This document shows positions 1 through 15,311 of a DNA stretch of 64,000 bases, one piece after another. This DNA comes from an uncultured delta proteobacterium (GTDB lineage: Bacteria > Myxococcota_A > Polyangia > Polyangiales > Polyangiaceae). Within the stretch, counting starts at the first letter, position 1, and every line of letters begins with the position of its first letter. The translations under genes were made by a program, and so were the position numbers. The stretch spans positions 277,733-341,732 of the forward strand of contig CAVQUB010000032.1 in NCBI GenBank assembly GCA_963716725.1, written 5' to 3'. Below the pieces are notes generated by a model. That model was not told where the DNA came from. It saw only the letters and a program-made list of their open reading frames with translations, and did no database searches.

Positions 1-352
1 GGCGTGGTCGAGCTCGCTTTCGAGGGCTGGGTCGAGCGCGATACGGTCCCACGCGGCCTGCGCACCGATGGTGAAGCGAGGTTCTCCGTCCACCAGATCC
101 ACGTTCACGGTACCTGTCGGATGTTGGTCGTCGACACCGACGAAGCGCACGTCGACGCCATGCCGCGCGAGCTCGTCGCGTGCCCGTGAGCCGAGCGCGT
201 CGCGCCCGACGCGGCTGACCAGAGATCGCGCGCGCACCCAGGGCTCGAGCGTGAAACGCGACGTTGGCGGCCGCCCCGCCCATGCGCGGGCCATCCGAGA
301 ATACGTCGAAGAGCAGCTCACCCCAAGCGACGATGCGCGGTCGCTGCTTCAC
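1..352 (-). CDS. PfkB-family carbohydrate kinase (fructokinase-like), N-terminal part; runs off the window; apparent frameshift near 222
   Basis: Manual translation from GTG at 352: VKQRPRIVAWGELLFDVFSDGPRMGGAAANVAFHARALG, then after a 1-nt shift LVSRVGRDALG...HGVD...PTGTVNV. Contains the PfkB GGA.ANVA and VG.D..G motifs. Confidence 0.8.
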   Translation of the reverse strand, partial: MKQRPRIVAWGELLFDVFSDGPRMGGAAANVAFHARALGARAISGQPRRARRARLTGTRRARAAWRRRALRRCRRPTSDRYRERGSGGRRTSLHHRCAGRVGPYRARPSPRKRARPR

Positions 353-438
353 GAGCGCCAGCCTGGCATTGGTCTCCGCGAGCTTCAATCGGGCGCTGTT
401 TGCCCGACGCGATGGACCGTGCTTGGCTCCCGCGCCGG

Positions 439-1677
439 ATGAGGTCGTTCCCTGCCGCCCTGCTCGCTCTGCTCGCCGCGACGGGCTGCGGCGCGCCCGA
501 GCCGCCCGGATCCACGGGCGGCACGACCGTCGCGCCAGGACCGTGTGGGCGTGGCATCGGCGTCGTTCAAACGGACTATCAGTCCACCAACGTGTCGCTG
601 CTCGACTGGGAGGGCCACGTGCTCTCGTCTTCGTTCATCTCGAGCGCGACTGCCGGAGCCAAGCTGAGTGCCAAGCTTACGGGCGACGTAGCGCTGCCGA
701 CTGCGCTGGACGCTGGCAACACCCTGGTCCTGCTCGATCGGTATCCGGCTTCGGTGCTCACTTGGGTGACGCTCGAGACCGCGGAGGTCACGGCGCAGCT
801 CAGCGTTCGTTCGGGCTTCGACGCCAATCCTCACGACTATCTTGCCCTGTCGGCCCATCGGGCGCTCGTCACCAGGTTCAATCGCAATCCGGCGCCAGAC
901 GCGCTGCCGCTGGATCGCGGGGACGACGTCTTGGTGCTCGATCTCGACGGACCGACGGCGGTATCCAGTATCGATCTCTCACCGGCCATGGCCGGCGTCC
1001 CGGAGGGGTTCCGCGCGAACCCGCACCGCATGGTGCTGGCCGGCGATCGGGTCGTGGTCACGCTCCTGGGCAAGACGGCGGACCACAGCGATGCCGTCGC
1101 TTCGCGCCTAGCGGTCCTCAATGCGGCCACCCTCGCCGTCGAGCAGGTGTTGGTGCTCGAGGGTCTCTTCGAGTGCAACGGGATCGCGGTTTCTCCGAAC
1201 AGCGACCGGGTGGCGGTGTCCTGCTCCGGGCGCTTCGGCGGCGGTTCCGAGCCCAAGGTGAGCGAGTCGGCAATAGCGGTGGTGGCCATCGGCTCGACCG
1301 TGGAAGAGATCGCGCGAGTGCCGGCTTCGCCTGGCGCGCCCTTTGGGTTTGGTGTGGCGTGGGCAGCGTCGGACACCGTCATCGCCAACACCTTCGGCCG
1401 ATTCTCGTCGAAGGGCGGGCCAGCCCGGACCGACACGGTCGTGGAGATTGAGCTCGGTGGCATGACCGCTCGCACGCTGCTCGAGTCGGCGGACGAGCCG
1501 TTCACGCTGGGCGACGTCCGCTGCGGCGCGGCCTGCTCGACGTGTTTCGCCAGCGACGCGGAGCGGGGGCTCGTGCACCGCTTCTCGGTCGATGCCAGCG
1601 GTCGAGTGGGCCCGCCGAGCCCCATCCAAGTGAACGATGCCATCGGCTTGCCGCCGCGAACCCTGGGTCAATTCTGA
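439..1677 (+). CDS. Lipoprotein, probable beta-propeller (YncE-like)
   Basis: ATG at 439 gives a signal peptide and lipobox (LAATGC), followed by repeated short beta-strand blades with NPH motifs. Confidence 0.65.
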   Translation: MRSFPAALLALLAATGCGAPEPPGSTGGTTVAPGPCGRGIGVVQTDYQSTNVSLLDWEGHVLSSSFISSATAGAKLSAKLTGDVALPTALDAGNTLVLLDRYPASVLTWVTLETAEVTAQLSVRSGFDANPHDYLALSAHRALVTRFNRNPAPDALPLDRGDDVLVLDLDGPTAVSSIDLSPAMAGVPEGFRANPHRMVLAGDRVVVTLLGKTADHSDAVASRLAVLNAATLAVEQVLVLEGLFECNGIAVSPNSDRVAVSCSGRFGGGSEPKVSESAIAVVAIGSTVEEIARVPASPGAPFGFGVAWAASDTVIANTFGRFSSKGGPARTDTVVEIELGGMTARTLLESADEPFTLGDVRCGAACSTCFASDAERGLVHRFSVDASGRVGPPSPIQVNDAIGLPPRTLGQF

Positions 1678-2057
1678 TGCTCTTCGACGTTCTCGCCCTG
1701 ATGCTGGGCATCTGGCTGACGATTCGGAAACTCGACGTCCGGCGGCGTGAGGCGAGCGATCATCCGGGCGTCGACGCCGGCGAGTTCGCCCGCTGGAAGG
1801 CGCTAGCGCTCGGGGCCTACAACCTGGGCAGCATCGGTTGCTTCGGGAAACTGGGTCTGGACTACCTGCTCCAGCTCGGGGGCCCGCGGGTCGGGGTGCC
1901 CTGGGCGGCGATCCGAGTGCTCGGCCTCGGGCTCTTCGTTGCCTGGATCGCGGTCTTGATCGCGACCTGGGTCCAGGCGAGCCGAGCCAAGAAAGTGCAG
2001 GAAAAGCTGGGCCTCCAGTTCCTGCCCCGGGCAGCTGCCGAGAGCGAAGAGCGCTGA
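1677..2057 (+). CDS. Small membrane protein of unknown function
   Basis: ATG overlaps the upstream stop (TGATG); 2-3 hydrophobic segments. Confidence 0.6.
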   Translation: MLFDVLALMLGIWLTIRKLDVRRREASDHPGVDAGEFARWKALALGAYNLGSIGCFGKLGLDYLLQLGGPRVGVPWAAIRVLGLGLFVAWIAVLIATWVQASRAKKVQEKLGLQFLPRAAAESEER

Positions 2058-2098
2058 GAGGAAGGACTTCCCGGGCGGTGGCGTAAAGAGGGGCGTCC

Positions 2099-2287
2099 AT
2101 GACTGAGCGCGAGCGCCTCTCCACCACGCTGGGCATCCTGCTGGCGGGTCTGCTGCAGGCAGAGGAAGACGAGGCCGCGTCCGAGCGCCGCCCCCGCCTC
2201 CGCTGCGAGAGCGGCGTGTACCGGGTCGGTGAGGACGGACTCGGTCCCGAGGGCCCGGCCTTCGAGCCCGCCGGTCCTGAGTGCTGA
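2099..2287 (+). CDS. Possible 62-aa hypothetical protein
   Basis: AGAGGGG upstream of the ATG; fills the gap before kbl; no recognisable motif. Confidence 0.3.
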   Translation: MTERERLSTTLGILLAGLLQAEEDEAASERRPRLRCESGVYRVGEDGLGPEGPAFEPAGPEC

Positions 2288-2290
2288 AGT

Positions 2291-3476
<1,186 letters not shown>

Positions 3477-3490
3477 GCTGAGTCTCCCGT

Positions 3491-4675
3491 TCAGAATCGG
3501 AGCACGACCTTGGGGAAGGTCTTGATGCGCTCCTCGAAGGAGTTCATCTCGTACTTCTCGAAGTCGACGATGGGACCGTCGCCCCGGTTGAGGATCACCT
3601 CGTAGACTAGGTCGTGAATGTTCGGGTCCCTAGACTCGAGCAGGTGGCGCGTGATGTGCCAGGTCTCCCAGATCCGGCGTCCGATCACGCTGTGAAGCGC
3701 GATGCCGTCGACGATCAGGCGGTCGAAGCTCTCGATCACCGCGTCGCCGCTCTTGAGGCCGAACAGGATCACGTCGCCGCCGCGGCGGGCGCAGTGGATG
3801 GCGTTGTTCACGCTGGAGTTGAGCCCGCTCATCTCCAGGGTCACGTCGACGCCGACGCCATCGGTCAGTCGTCGCACCTCGGAGACCAGTTCCCGGTCGT
3901 GGGCGTAGTCGTTCGGTCCGGTATTGCCCGGCGACAGCACGTGGTCCGCTCCGAGTTTCTTGGCCATGGCGGCGTGCGCCGCCACCGGCTCGATGCCGAT
4001 GATGGTCTGCGCGCCGAGGGCCCGGGCGATAGCCACCGCGAACAGCCCGATGGTGCCGCAGCCGACGATGGCCACGCGCTTGCCGCGCAGGTTCACCTTG
4101 GTGCAGGCGTGGACCGCGTTGCCGAAGGGCTCCTGGATGGCCGCGACCTCCGGGCGGATCTTGTTGGTGTCCGTGCGCCAGATGACCTGCGCCGGCAGCT
4201 TCACGTACTCGGCGAAGGCTCCGTCGTAGCTGATGCCGATGATCAGGTCGTCGGCACAGACGTGCGCGTCTCCATTGCGGCACTGGTAGCAGACCCCACA
4301 GAAGATGTGGCTCTCGGCCGCTACCATGTCTCCGACCTCGAGGCCGAAGCTGCGCTTGGCGTCGCTGCCGACCGCGATGATTTCTCCGAACAGCTCGTGG
4401 CCGATCACACGCCGGTGTTTGGCGCGCCGGAGCTGTTTGCTCTCGTTGTCGAGGGAACCAACGATCATGTCCTTGAAGGCGCGTCGGAACCAGATGCCGC
4501 GGTCGCTGCCGCAGAACCCGACGAACTTGGGCTTGATCAGCACCCGCGAGCGATCGTGGTAGTCGCTCTTCTCGTCCAGCGTCACCTTGGGGATATCGGC
4601 CAGCCGCAGGCCGCGGCTGTCGTCCCAGGGGTCGTTCTCTCGATCGTAGACCAGGGCACGCATCGACTCGGTCAT
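3491..4675 (-). CDS. tdh: L-threonine 3-dehydrogenase (Zn-dependent MDR family)
   Basis: GFCGSD, GHE.FG, C-G-C-C-C Zn cluster ([10 protein letters not shown]...C), [14 protein letters not shown]; in an operon with kbl. Confidence 0.9.
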   Translation of the reverse strand: MTESMRALVYDRENDPWDDSRGLRLADIPKVTLDEKSDYHDRSRVLIKPKFVGFCGSDRGIWFRRAFKDMIVGSLDNESKQLRRAKHRRVIGHELFGEIIAVGSDAKRSFGLEVGDMVAAESHIFCGVCYQCRNGDAHVCADDLIIGISYDGAFAEYVKLPAQVIWRTDTNKIRPEVAAIQEPFGNAVHACTKVNLRGKRVAIVGCGTIGLFAVAIARALGAQTIIGIEPVAAHAAMAKKLGADHVLSPGNTGPNDYAHDRELVSEVRRLTDGVGVDVTLEMSGLNSSVNNAIHCARRGGDVILFGLKSGDAVIESFDRLIVDGIALHSVIGRRIWETWHITRHLLESRDPNIHDLVYEVILNRGDGPIVDFEKYEMNSFEERIKTFPKVVLRF

Positions 4676-4819
4676 GCGCGGCTTTCATACGACCGCGGCC
4701 GTCGGCGGTCGAGGGTCGAGGAGGATTTGTTTAGGGGGGGCCGTGCTGCGAGGGCCGCGCTCCAAAATAGAAACCGCCGCGGCGCGTCAGCGACGGCCGC
4801 GGCGTGAGGCGTAGCGGGA

Positions 4820-5434
4820 CTACTGCTTCTTGATGATGAAGGGGAACTTCAAGCGGCCGCCCGCGTCGGGCTTTGCCGGCGGCGCCGCGGCGTCGGGCAC
4901 CTGGGGCGTTGCCGCGGCGTCGGGCACGGTCACGGCCGCGGCGTCGGGTACGGTCACGGCCGCCGCATCCGCGACGGTGGCGACGACACCGGCGTCTTGG
5001 TTCTTCACCTTGTCGAGGTCGATCTTCAGCACCTTGTCGTCGAGGTTCTTGGTGACGACCCAACCGGGCGAGAGCTCGCCGACCCCGCTCGGCCAGTCCA
5101 CGAGCATCCAGTTGCTGTAGCGAGCCTTGCGGTTGACCAGGGTGCCCTTCGAGAGCGTGGCGATGTGCGACGTGCTGTCGTCCGCCTCTTTGTAGACCTT
5201 CGCGTTCGGGAGCAGCACGGCCACGGTGCCGCTCTCGTCCTTCTCCTTGTCGCCGTAGCGCGTGACCTCGTCCTTCTTTGGCTCCGCCTTTGGCGGCTCG
5301 GCGCTGGCGGTGGGGGTGGGCGCCGGAGGAGGCGGAGCGGGCGGCGGGGGTTCCTCTTTCTTCTTGCAGGCGAAGAGCGCCCCGATGAGCAGGGCGGCCG
5401 AAGCCGTGATCGTCCACTTGTCGTGCATGCGCAT
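4820..5434 (-). CDS. Lipoprotein with Pro-rich linker, SH3b-like domain and PDAAAVTV repeats
   Basis: Lipobox ALFAC; segment VYKEADDSTSHIATLSKGT...NWMLVDW...GWV fits a bacterial SH3 pattern. Confidence 0.65.
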   Translation of the reverse strand: MRMHDKWTITASAALLIGALFACKKKEEPPPPAPPPPAPTPTASAEPPKAEPKKDEVTRYGDKEKDESGTVAVLLPNAKVYKEADDSTSHIATLSKGTLVNRKARYSNWMLVDWPSGVGELSPGWVVTKNLDDKVLKIDLDKVKNQDAGVVATVADAAAVTVPDAAAVTVPDAAATPQVPDAAAPPAKPDAGGRLKFPFIIKKQ

Positions 5435-5490
5435 CCGTTTCTCCTCCGTGAAGGGGGGACGGTAGCAAACCCGCGCTCCGAGCGTCGAGT

Positions 5491-6807
5491 CTAGTTTTTC
5501 GGTGGCGGCGGCGTGGTCTCCGAGACCGGGGGCCGAGAAGCGAGGCATTTCTTGATGCCCTCGACGAGCGACTGCGGAGCCTCTTTTGGCAGCCGCGGCT
5601 GGCCCATGACGTTGACCAGTAGCCGATCCCAGGTGACGCCGCCGTCGGCCCCGAAGCTCATCCACACGAAGAGCGCGCGGCCCTTGATGTTGGCGAAGGG
5701 CACGCCGCCGCCCCGGCCGCCGAACCAAGCTCGCGAGTCGCTCGAATTGTTCCGGTTGTCGCCGAGCACCCAGACCTCACCCGGTTGAACCGTGTAGGGG
5801 CCCTGCCGACCGTCGAAGCGGTCGTCCTCGAAGAGGGTCAAGTAGCTGTACTCGCCCAAGAACTCGACGAACAGGTCGCCGCGCTTTGCGTTGGCCTCGT
5901 CGCCTTCGGAGAACTCATAGGCGCCCACGAAGCAACTCGGCACTCGCCAGCCGTTGAGGATCGGGTGTCCGGCCTCGACGCTGAGCACGTCGCCGGGCAA
6001 CGCGATGGTGCGCTTGATGAAGTCTTGGCGTGCGTTCGCGGGGTTGGGATCCGGAAACTCGAACACCATGACGTCTCCGTATTTGGGAGGCATCCGCGCC
6101 AGCACGCGGCTCTTGGTGAACGGGATCGTCGGCCCGTACGAGAACTTGTTGACGAAAATGTGGTCCTGTATCTGCAGCGTCGGCAGCATGGACCCGCTCG
6201 GGATCTTGAAGGCTTCGACCACGAACGCCCGGAGCAGCAGCGCCACACCCACGGCGACTCCGATGGACTCGGCGTACTCCCGGAGTTCGCCTTTGCGCCA
6301 GCGACCCAGGTGGCGTTCGACCAGCTTCAGTGCCGTCTCGTGAGCGCGTTCGAATGCGTCGGGCTCGAATTCTGGAACGTCCATGGCGGCTTTGAGGGCC
6401 TCGAGGCTCTCGTCGAGCTTGTCGCGCGCGCTCCGGGGCACGTTTCGTTCGATGGCCTTTGCGTTCTTCTCCCGGACTCGATCGACCTCGTCGAGCAGGT
6501 GCGCCGCGCGCTCGTAGCTGCGTCGCTGTTCTGCCGGCACGTCGCTGCGTCCGCCGAGGCCGACCTGGGTGGCGAAGGGCAGGTAGTACCGGAAGTGGTA
6601 GAGCAACATCTCGTAGAGGGTGAACAGCACGATGCCGGAGGGCACGGGCTGGTCCTGCACGATGAAGCGCAGCTTGCCGAACCCCGAGGCCGCGAGCTCG
6701 CCCGCTCCTGGCTTGAGCGCCCATACCGTCAGCGCGGCGAGGGCCAGGGGGACCAGGACGAACCAGAAGGCCCAGAACAGCGTGCGCGGGAGCTTGGGGG
6801 GTTGCAC
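5491..6807 (-). CDS. lepB: Signal peptidase I with a long N-terminal extension
   Basis: IPSGSMLPTL (Ser), DFIKR (Lys), GDNRNNSSDSR. Confidence 0.95.
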   Translation of the reverse strand: MQPPKLPRTLFWAFWFVLVPLALAALTVWALKPGAGELAASGFGKLRFIVQDQPVPSGIVLFTLYEMLLYHFRYYLPFATQVGLGGRSDVPAEQRRSYERAAHLLDEVDRVREKNAKAIERNVPRSARDKLDESLEALKAAMDVPEFEPDAFERAHETALKLVERHLGRWRKGELREYAESIGVAVGVALLLRAFVVEAFKIPSGSMLPTLQIQDHIFVNKFSYGPTIPFTKSRVLARMPPKYGDVMVFEFPDPNPANARQDFIKRTIALPGDVLSVEAGHPILNGWRVPSCFVGAYEFSEGDEANAKRGDLFVEFLGEYSYLTLFEDDRFDGRQGPYTVQPGEVWVLGDNRNNSSDSRAWFGGRGGGVPFANIKGRALFVWMSFGADGGVTWDRLLVNVMGQPRLPKEAPQSLVEGIKKCLASRPPVSETTPPPPKN

Positions 6808-6888
6808 TTTGGGGGCCGAGTCCGGACTTTCTAAATCACCGTGCGAGCATCGGCGACAACTTTCCGCATGTGGCCGGACCCCGACCCC

Positions 6889-7965
6889 TCAGGGACGGTC
6901 CCCCGACTGGACCACGTAGTCGATCTTCGCCGCGCGATCGTCACCGACCTGGGCCGGCGGCGCCGTTCGTCCAACCTGGTTCGAGTGGTCGATGACGAGA
7001 TAGTAGACGCCCTTGGGGGCCGGGACGAAGCGCTTCCAGATCTGCCCCATCGTCAGCGCTTCGTCGAGCAGCGGCTGCTGGGGCAGGCTCGCCGCGCCAG
7101 CGTTCTTCACGTACTGCTCGAGCATCTGGTCCCCCAAGAACTTGGGTACCAGGAAGGCATCGACGCCCGGCGCGCCGTCGATGCTGGCGGTGAAGTACAG
7201 CGCCTGATCGCTGTCCGTGAGTTCGAAGCCCCCGATGAAGTCCATCTGCCCGGTGTGGACTTCCGTGCGGTCGTTCACCAGCGTGACCTTGTCTTCGCTG
7301 TCCACGACGAAGGGCTTGAAGGGCCGTCGCCCCTTGGGCACGTAGCCCAAGGCGAAGTCGGTTTCGCCTTTGTCGTTGTACCGGATGACCGTGAAGCCGC
7401 GCTGCAATTGCCCGTCGACGATCTGCTTGCCAATCTGGTCGGGGTTCACGTTGAGCATCCCCATGCCGCCTCGCGCGACGCCGCTCTCGACCATCAAGGT
7501 GGTGAAGCTCGTCGAGTCGATCTTCCGCGGGCGGAAGTAGATGTACATCGACCCGTCGTCGTGGAGTTGAAAGTCCGGCGCGAACTCCGCGAGGCCGGCG
7601 GCAGTGAACCCGATGCGGCCCGTGAGGTTCGTCCAGCCGTAGCCCTTGCCCGTGTATTGAACGATGATGCTCTTGCGCCGCTCGTCGTCCAAGACGGTCT
7701 GGCTGCAGGTGTCGGCGAAGAACCGGCCGACCACGGGCTGGTCGTCGGAGAGCTTGAGCGGGGCGCCGCGGTGAGTCATTTCGAAGCAGAAGCGGTCGAG
7801 GCCAAACTTGAGGATATCGAAGCGGAGCGACTTGTTCTTGGGGTTGTTGATCACCCCCGGGCCCAGCACGGACATGGACGCCACGCCGAGGGTTTCTTTG
7901 CTTGGGCACCCGGAGGTGCCCAAGAGGGCGATTGCAACGAGAATCAAGAGCCAGGCGCGGCGCAT
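6889..7965 (-). CDS. Conserved-looking hypothetical lipoprotein
   Basis: Signal peptide with lipobox GTSGC; strong GC3 codon bias; 358 aa. Confidence 0.7.
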   Translation of the reverse strand: MRRAWLLILVAIALLGTSGCPSKETLGVASMSVLGPGVINNPKNKSLRFDILKFGLDRFCFEMTHRGAPLKLSDDQPVVGRFFADTCSQTVLDDERRKSIIVQYTGKGYGWTNLTGRIGFTAAGLAEFAPDFQLHDDGSMYIYFRPRKIDSTSFTTLMVESGVARGGMGMLNVNPDQIGKQIVDGQLQRGFTVIRYNDKGETDFALGYVPKGRRPFKPFVVDSEDKVTLVNDRTEVHTGQMDFIGGFELTDSDQALYFTASIDGAPGVDAFLVPKFLGDQMLEQYVKNAGAASLPQQPLLDEALTMGQIWKRFVPAPKGVYYLVIDHSNQVGRTAPPAQVGDDRAAKIDYVVQSGDRP

Positions 7966-7994
7966 GGCGGGAGCATACTAGAATGGCGCACGTC

Positions 7995-9008
7995 ATGGCT
8001 AAGTCCAACCACGTCGCCGTCATCGGGGCCGGAGCCTGGGGCACCGCGCTCTCCCTGCTCGCTGCCCAGAAGGGCGAGCGCGTCACCCTGTGGACGTGGC
8101 AGCGCGAGCATTGTGACGCCATGATTCGGGATCGGGAGAACCGCGCCTTCTTCCCCGGATTCCCTTTGTCGCCAGGCGTCGAGGTCACCTCGGACCTCTC
8201 CGCGGCGCTCGGAGGCGCGAGCCTCGTCGTGCTCGTCGTTCCTTCGGACGCATTCCGAGACACGCTCTTGCGAATGCGAGGAGACCTGCCGCCGGACGTG
8301 CCGTTGGTCAGTGCGACCAAGGGGATCGAAAACGACAGCCTGATGCTGATGAGCGAGATCATCGTCGACGTGCTCGGGCCCGCCGCTCGGGCCCGCTCGA
8401 CCTTCCTATCCGGACCCAGCTTTGCGAAAGAGGTGGCCGAAGGCAGTCCGACGAACGTCGTGGTGGCGGGCTTCGATCACGATTTGTCGATTCGGGTTCA
8501 ACAGCGCCTCGCGACGGATCGCTTTCGGGTCTATTCCAGCGATGACCCCGTCGGCGTCGAAGTCGGAGGCGCGCTCAAGAACGTCATCGCCATCGCGGCG
8601 GGTGCCTGCGACGGACTGGGTTTTGGGCACAACACGCGGGCCGCGCTGATCACGCGGGGTCTGGCCGAGATCGCGCGCATCGCCATCGCGAAGGGCGGAG
8701 ACGTCCTGACGCTGGCCGGACTCGCCGGAATGGGCGATCTCGTGCTGACCTGCACCGGGGAACTGAGCCGGAACCGCACCGTCGGCTTCGAGATGGGTCG
8801 CGGCCGCGGCCTCGAGCAGGTGCTTGCCGGCCTCGGTCACGTGGCCGAAGGAGTCAAGACCGCCAAGAGTGCCTACCAACTCGGCCTGGCGCTCGACGTC
8901 GAGTTGCCCATCTGCAACGAGGTGTATCGGGTGCTCTACGAGGGCAAGGACCCGCTTTCGGCGGTGCGCGACGTGCTGACCCGGCCCCTCAAGCGCGAGT
9001 GGGGCTGA
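7995..9008 (+). CDS. gpsA: NAD(P)H-dependent glycerol-3-phosphate dehydrogenase
   Basis: [49 protein letters not shown]; start may instead be 7983. Confidence 0.97.
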   Translation: MAKSNHVAVIGAGAWGTALSLLAAQKGERVTLWTWQREHCDAMIRDRENRAFFPGFPLSPGVEVTSDLSAALGGASLVVLVVPSDAFRDTLLRMRGDLPPDVPLVSATKGIENDSLMLMSEIIVDVLGPAARARSTFLSGPSFAKEVAEGSPTNVVVAGFDHDLSIRVQQRLATDRFRVYSSDDPVGVEVGGALKNVIAIAAGACDGLGFGHNTRAALITRGLAEIARIAIAKGGDVLTLAGLAGMGDLVLTCTGELSRNRTVGFEMGRGRGLEQVLAGLGHVAEGVKTAKSAYQLGLALDVELPICNEVYRVLYEGKDPLSAVRDVLTRPLKREWG

Positions 9009-9085
9009 ATGGACCTCGCCGCTCCCGCGTCGGAGACTTGACCCGGCAGCGTCCGTCGGATGACCTTCCACCCGTGAGTGCGCAG

Positions 9086-10267
9086 ATGAAGCTCGCAGCG
9101 TTCGCCGCCCTCCTGACCTCGGGGCTCCTCGCGTCGAGCGCCGGCGCGCAGTACCCGCAACAGCCGCCCGGCTACGGACAGCCGCCCGGCTACGGACAGC
9201 AGCCCGGCTACGGACAGCAGCCCGGCTACGGACAGCAGCCCGGCTACGGACAGCAGCCCGGCTACGGACAGCAGCCCGGCTACGGACAGCCGCCCGGCTA
9301 CGGACAGCCGCCCGGCTACGGACAGCCGCCCGGCTACGGACAGCCGGGCTACGGACAGCCGGGTCAGTCGCCCGGGCCGGCGCAGCGCTCGAACAAACGC
9401 TCCGACGTCGAGATCGGCCTGCTCTACACCACCGCCGCGCTGTACGGAGTCGGCACCGGCGCCTGGCTCTCGATGGAGCTCGGACTCGATGACCCTGGCA
9501 TCTTCCTCATCCCGCCCGCGCTGCTCGGAGTAGCGGCCCCGGTGGGCGTGTACTTCTTGGACGATCCCGAGATGGATCGCGGGATGCCCGCGGCGATAGC
9601 CTCGGGCATGGTCATTGGCGCGGGCGAGGGCATCGGGATCTGGAGCTACCAGTTCGTGACCACCAACGAGGACGAGGCTTGGGGCTTCAAGGGTCTCACA
9701 CGTGCGACCACCCTCGGAGCGACGCTGGGCGGCGTTGCAGGGTTTGCCACCGGGTACTACCTCGAGCCCTCACCGAAGAGTTCGCTGCTCACCTCGAGCG
9801 CGGTCGTCTGGGGAGCTGCCATCGGGACCATGTTTGGCTACGGAGGCTCCGACGGCGACGCCGAGTGGGGGACCGCCAACGACAGCGCATCGCTGGGGGG
9901 GCTCATTGGCTACAACCTCTTGCTGGCGGCTGGAGCGGCCGCCAGCGCCGTCTACATTCCGAGCTACGAACAGGTCGGGTGGATGTGGGCTGGCGCTGGC
10001 GTCGGCGTCGCGGCGTCGCTGCCTGTGTTCTTGTTCTACGCGGGCGACGACTCGCCGCCGGCCAAGCGAGGCTTCCTGTTCATGGGAACCGCGACAACTC
10101 TCGGTATCGCCGCTGGCGCCATCTTTGCGTCGGGTGAGCTCGACGAGTACGAAATCGGAAGGCGTGACGACGCCCCGCTCGGCAACCGCTTTGCCAGCAT
10201 CACCAGCGTGGGCCCGATGGCGATTCCCGGGGGCATGGGCGTGTCCGTGGGCGGTCTCCTGTACTGA
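9086..10267 (+). CDS. Gly-rich multi-pass membrane protein with N-terminal (Q-P/Q-PGYG)n repeat
   Basis: Signal peptide [10 protein letters not shown]...AGAQ, repeat tract, then many Gly/Ala-rich hydrophobic helices. Confidence 0.75.
   Translation: MKLAAFAALLTSGLLASSAGAQYPQQPPGYGQPPGYGQQPGYGQQPGYGQQPGYGQQPGYGQQPGYGQPPGYGQPPGYGQPPGYGQPGYGQPGQSPGPAQRSNKRSDVEIGLLYTTAALYGVGTGAWLSMELGLDDPGIFLIPPALLGVAAPVGVYFLDDPEMDRGMPAAIASGMVIGAGEGIGIWSYQFVTTNEDEAWGFKGLTRATTLGATLGGVAGFATGYYLEPSPKSSLLTSSAVVWGAAIGTMFGYGGSDGDAEWGTANDSASLGGLIGYNLLLAAGAAASAVYIPSYEQVGWMWAGAGVGVAASLPVFLFYAGDDSPPAKRGFLFMGTATTLGIAAGAIFASGELDEYEIGRRDDAPLGNRFASITSVGPMAIPGGMGVSVGGLLY
9161..9362 (+). repeat. 18-bp coding tandem repeat CAGC(C/A)GCCCGGCTACGGA, 10 units plus partial units
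   Basis: Directly visible; encodes [12 protein letters not shown]. Confidence 0.95.
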
Positions 10268-10308
10268 CTGTGGTGCTGCCCGTCGGACTGGACTAGCATT
10301 TTCGGCAG

Positions 10309-12160
<1,852 letters not shown>

Positions 12161-12164
<4 letters not shown>

Positions 12165-13318
12165 GGTGGGTGTTGGCGCGATGGCTCGTCACGTCGTTGC
12201 TCCTGGCCGTGGTCACGCTGGCTGCGTGCCACCGCGAGCGCCCGCGCTCGCCGGCCCCGCCGGCCTCCACGCTGGCGTCGGCGTCAGCCAGTGCGAAGCC
12301 GCCGCCGCCGCCGGAGCCGCCGATCGCCCCGCTCAGCAAGGACGGCAAGATCGAGGACGAGCGCAACACCATCGACGTCTTCAGTCGCGCTGCCCCCAGC
12401 GTGGTCTTCGTGACCCAAAAGCAGGTGGTGGTGGACTGGCTTCAGGGCAAGGCGATGGAAGTGCCCTCGGGTGCCGGCACCGGATTTCTTTGGGACGACA
12501 AAGGCCATGTGGTCACGAACTATCACGTGGTCCGCGACGCCCGCGCGCTCACCGTGACGCTTCAGAACCAGAAGTCGTACCGGGCCAAGATCGTGGGCAG
12601 CGAGCCCCGCAAAGACATCTCGGTGCTCAAGATCGAGGCGCCCGCCGATGTGCTTCGGGCGGTGACCTTGCCCCCGCACACCGACAAGCTCGAGGTCGGG
12701 CAGAAGGTCGTAGCCATCGGCAACCCCTTTGGTCTCGATCACACGCTGACGACCGGTGTCGTAAGTGCCCTCGGCCGCACCGTGGACGGAGCCGGCGGCG
12801 TCAGCATTCGGGACATGATCCAGACTGACGCCGCCATCAATCCGGGAAACTCGGGCGGGCCGCTGCTCGACAGCCGCGGCTTCTTGATCGGGATGAACAC
12901 CATGATCTTCTCCAAGAGCGGCGCTTGGGCGGGGATCGGGTTTGCGGTGCCGGTGCAGACCATTCGTCGCATCGTACCGGAGCTGGTCAGCAAGGGTCGG
13001 GTGGATCAGGCCGGGTTCGGCATTCGCATCGACCCGATGCAGCGTCTGGAACGGCGCTACAGCATCGCGGGCGTAGTGGTGCTGGAGGTCCTGCCGGGCA
13101 CGCCCGCCGAAAAATCGGGTCTCCGCGGCCTGGTCCAGAACGAGGAGGGGCTCACCTTGGGCGATGTGATCGTCAACGTCGGCGAACATCGAGTCAAGAG
13201 CTACGACGACCTCTACAACGCGCTCGATGGCCGGAAGGCGGGCGACAAGGTTCGAGTGCGCATCGTCCGCGGCACCCAAGAGATCGACATCATGCTCGAG
13301 CTGACCCTCGTGCAGTGA
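12161..13318 (+). CDS. Trypsin-like serine protease with PDZ domain (HtrA/DegP family), lipoprotein
   Basis: GTG overlaps the upstream stop (GTGA); [30 protein letters not shown]-terminal PDZ. Confidence 0.93.
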
Positions 13319-13358
13319 TGCCCTTGACGCGCCACGAGCGCGGAGTTTCTTTCCCGAC

Positions 13359-14740
<1,382 letters not shown>

Positions 14741-14743
14741 AGA

Positions 14744-14957
14744 TCAGGCCTCGGCCTCGATCTCGGCCTCGGCCTCTTCGGGAAGCGGCTGCGGGCCGGG
14801 GATGATGCCCGCCAGATTCTGGATCCTCACCCGGAGCGAGGTTGGTCGGAGTCTCTTTATCCACCTTGCGCTGCTGGCGGCGCTCCTCCTTGTCGCGTTG
14901 GTGCTCCCGCCGCGCGAGCTCTTTCTGTCGTTTCTTGGCGCTGGGATTGCCTGCCAT
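14744..14957 (-). CDS. Small charged protein (~70 aa); apparent frameshift near 14820
   Basis: MAGNPSAKKRQKELARREHQRDKEERRQQRK...GEDP joined to LAGIIPGPQPLPEEAEAE; GGAGG upstream. Confidence 0.65.
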
Positions 14958-14978
14958 ACCTGCCTCCGTCTCTCTGCA

Positions 14979-15311
14979 TCACTCGTCGCCGTCAGGCGCG
15001 GTTCGCGTGAGCCACGTCGACTTGGCGACCAAGTAGGCCCTCCGCGCGAGTGCCTCTCGATTGGGCTCGACGCGCCGCGCCGAGCTGCGCGCGCAACCAC
15101 TCACGCGGGCGCGCGCTTCACTCATGGTGCCCGGCCAGCCGCCCGTGATCGAGCGTCCCTCGTTGCGGAACGCTGCGATCGCGTGCTCGGCCCAGGCCTT
15201 TCCGATCGCGTCGACCTCTCGGTCGAGCGCGTCGGGTAGCTTCGGATTGTCAAAGTCCGCGGACGGCGGCGCAGCATCTGCCGCGCCGCCGCGATCGCGG
15301 GGTTCGGTCAT
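14979..15311 (-). CDS. Hypothetical protein, translationally coupled to the RRM gene
   Basis: TGATG overlap at 15309-15313; 110 aa containing GGWPGTMSEAR. Confidence 0.6.
   Translation of the reverse strand: MTEPRDRGGAADAAPPSADFDNPKLPDALDREVDAIGKAWAEHAIAAFRNEGRSITGGWPGTMSEARARVSGCARSSARRVEPNREALARRAYLVAKSTWLTRTAPDGDE

Noticed and set aside
9161..9362. 18-bp repeat as a non-coding array
   Set aside because: It is an in-frame coding repeat after a signal peptide, i.e. a low-complexity linker.
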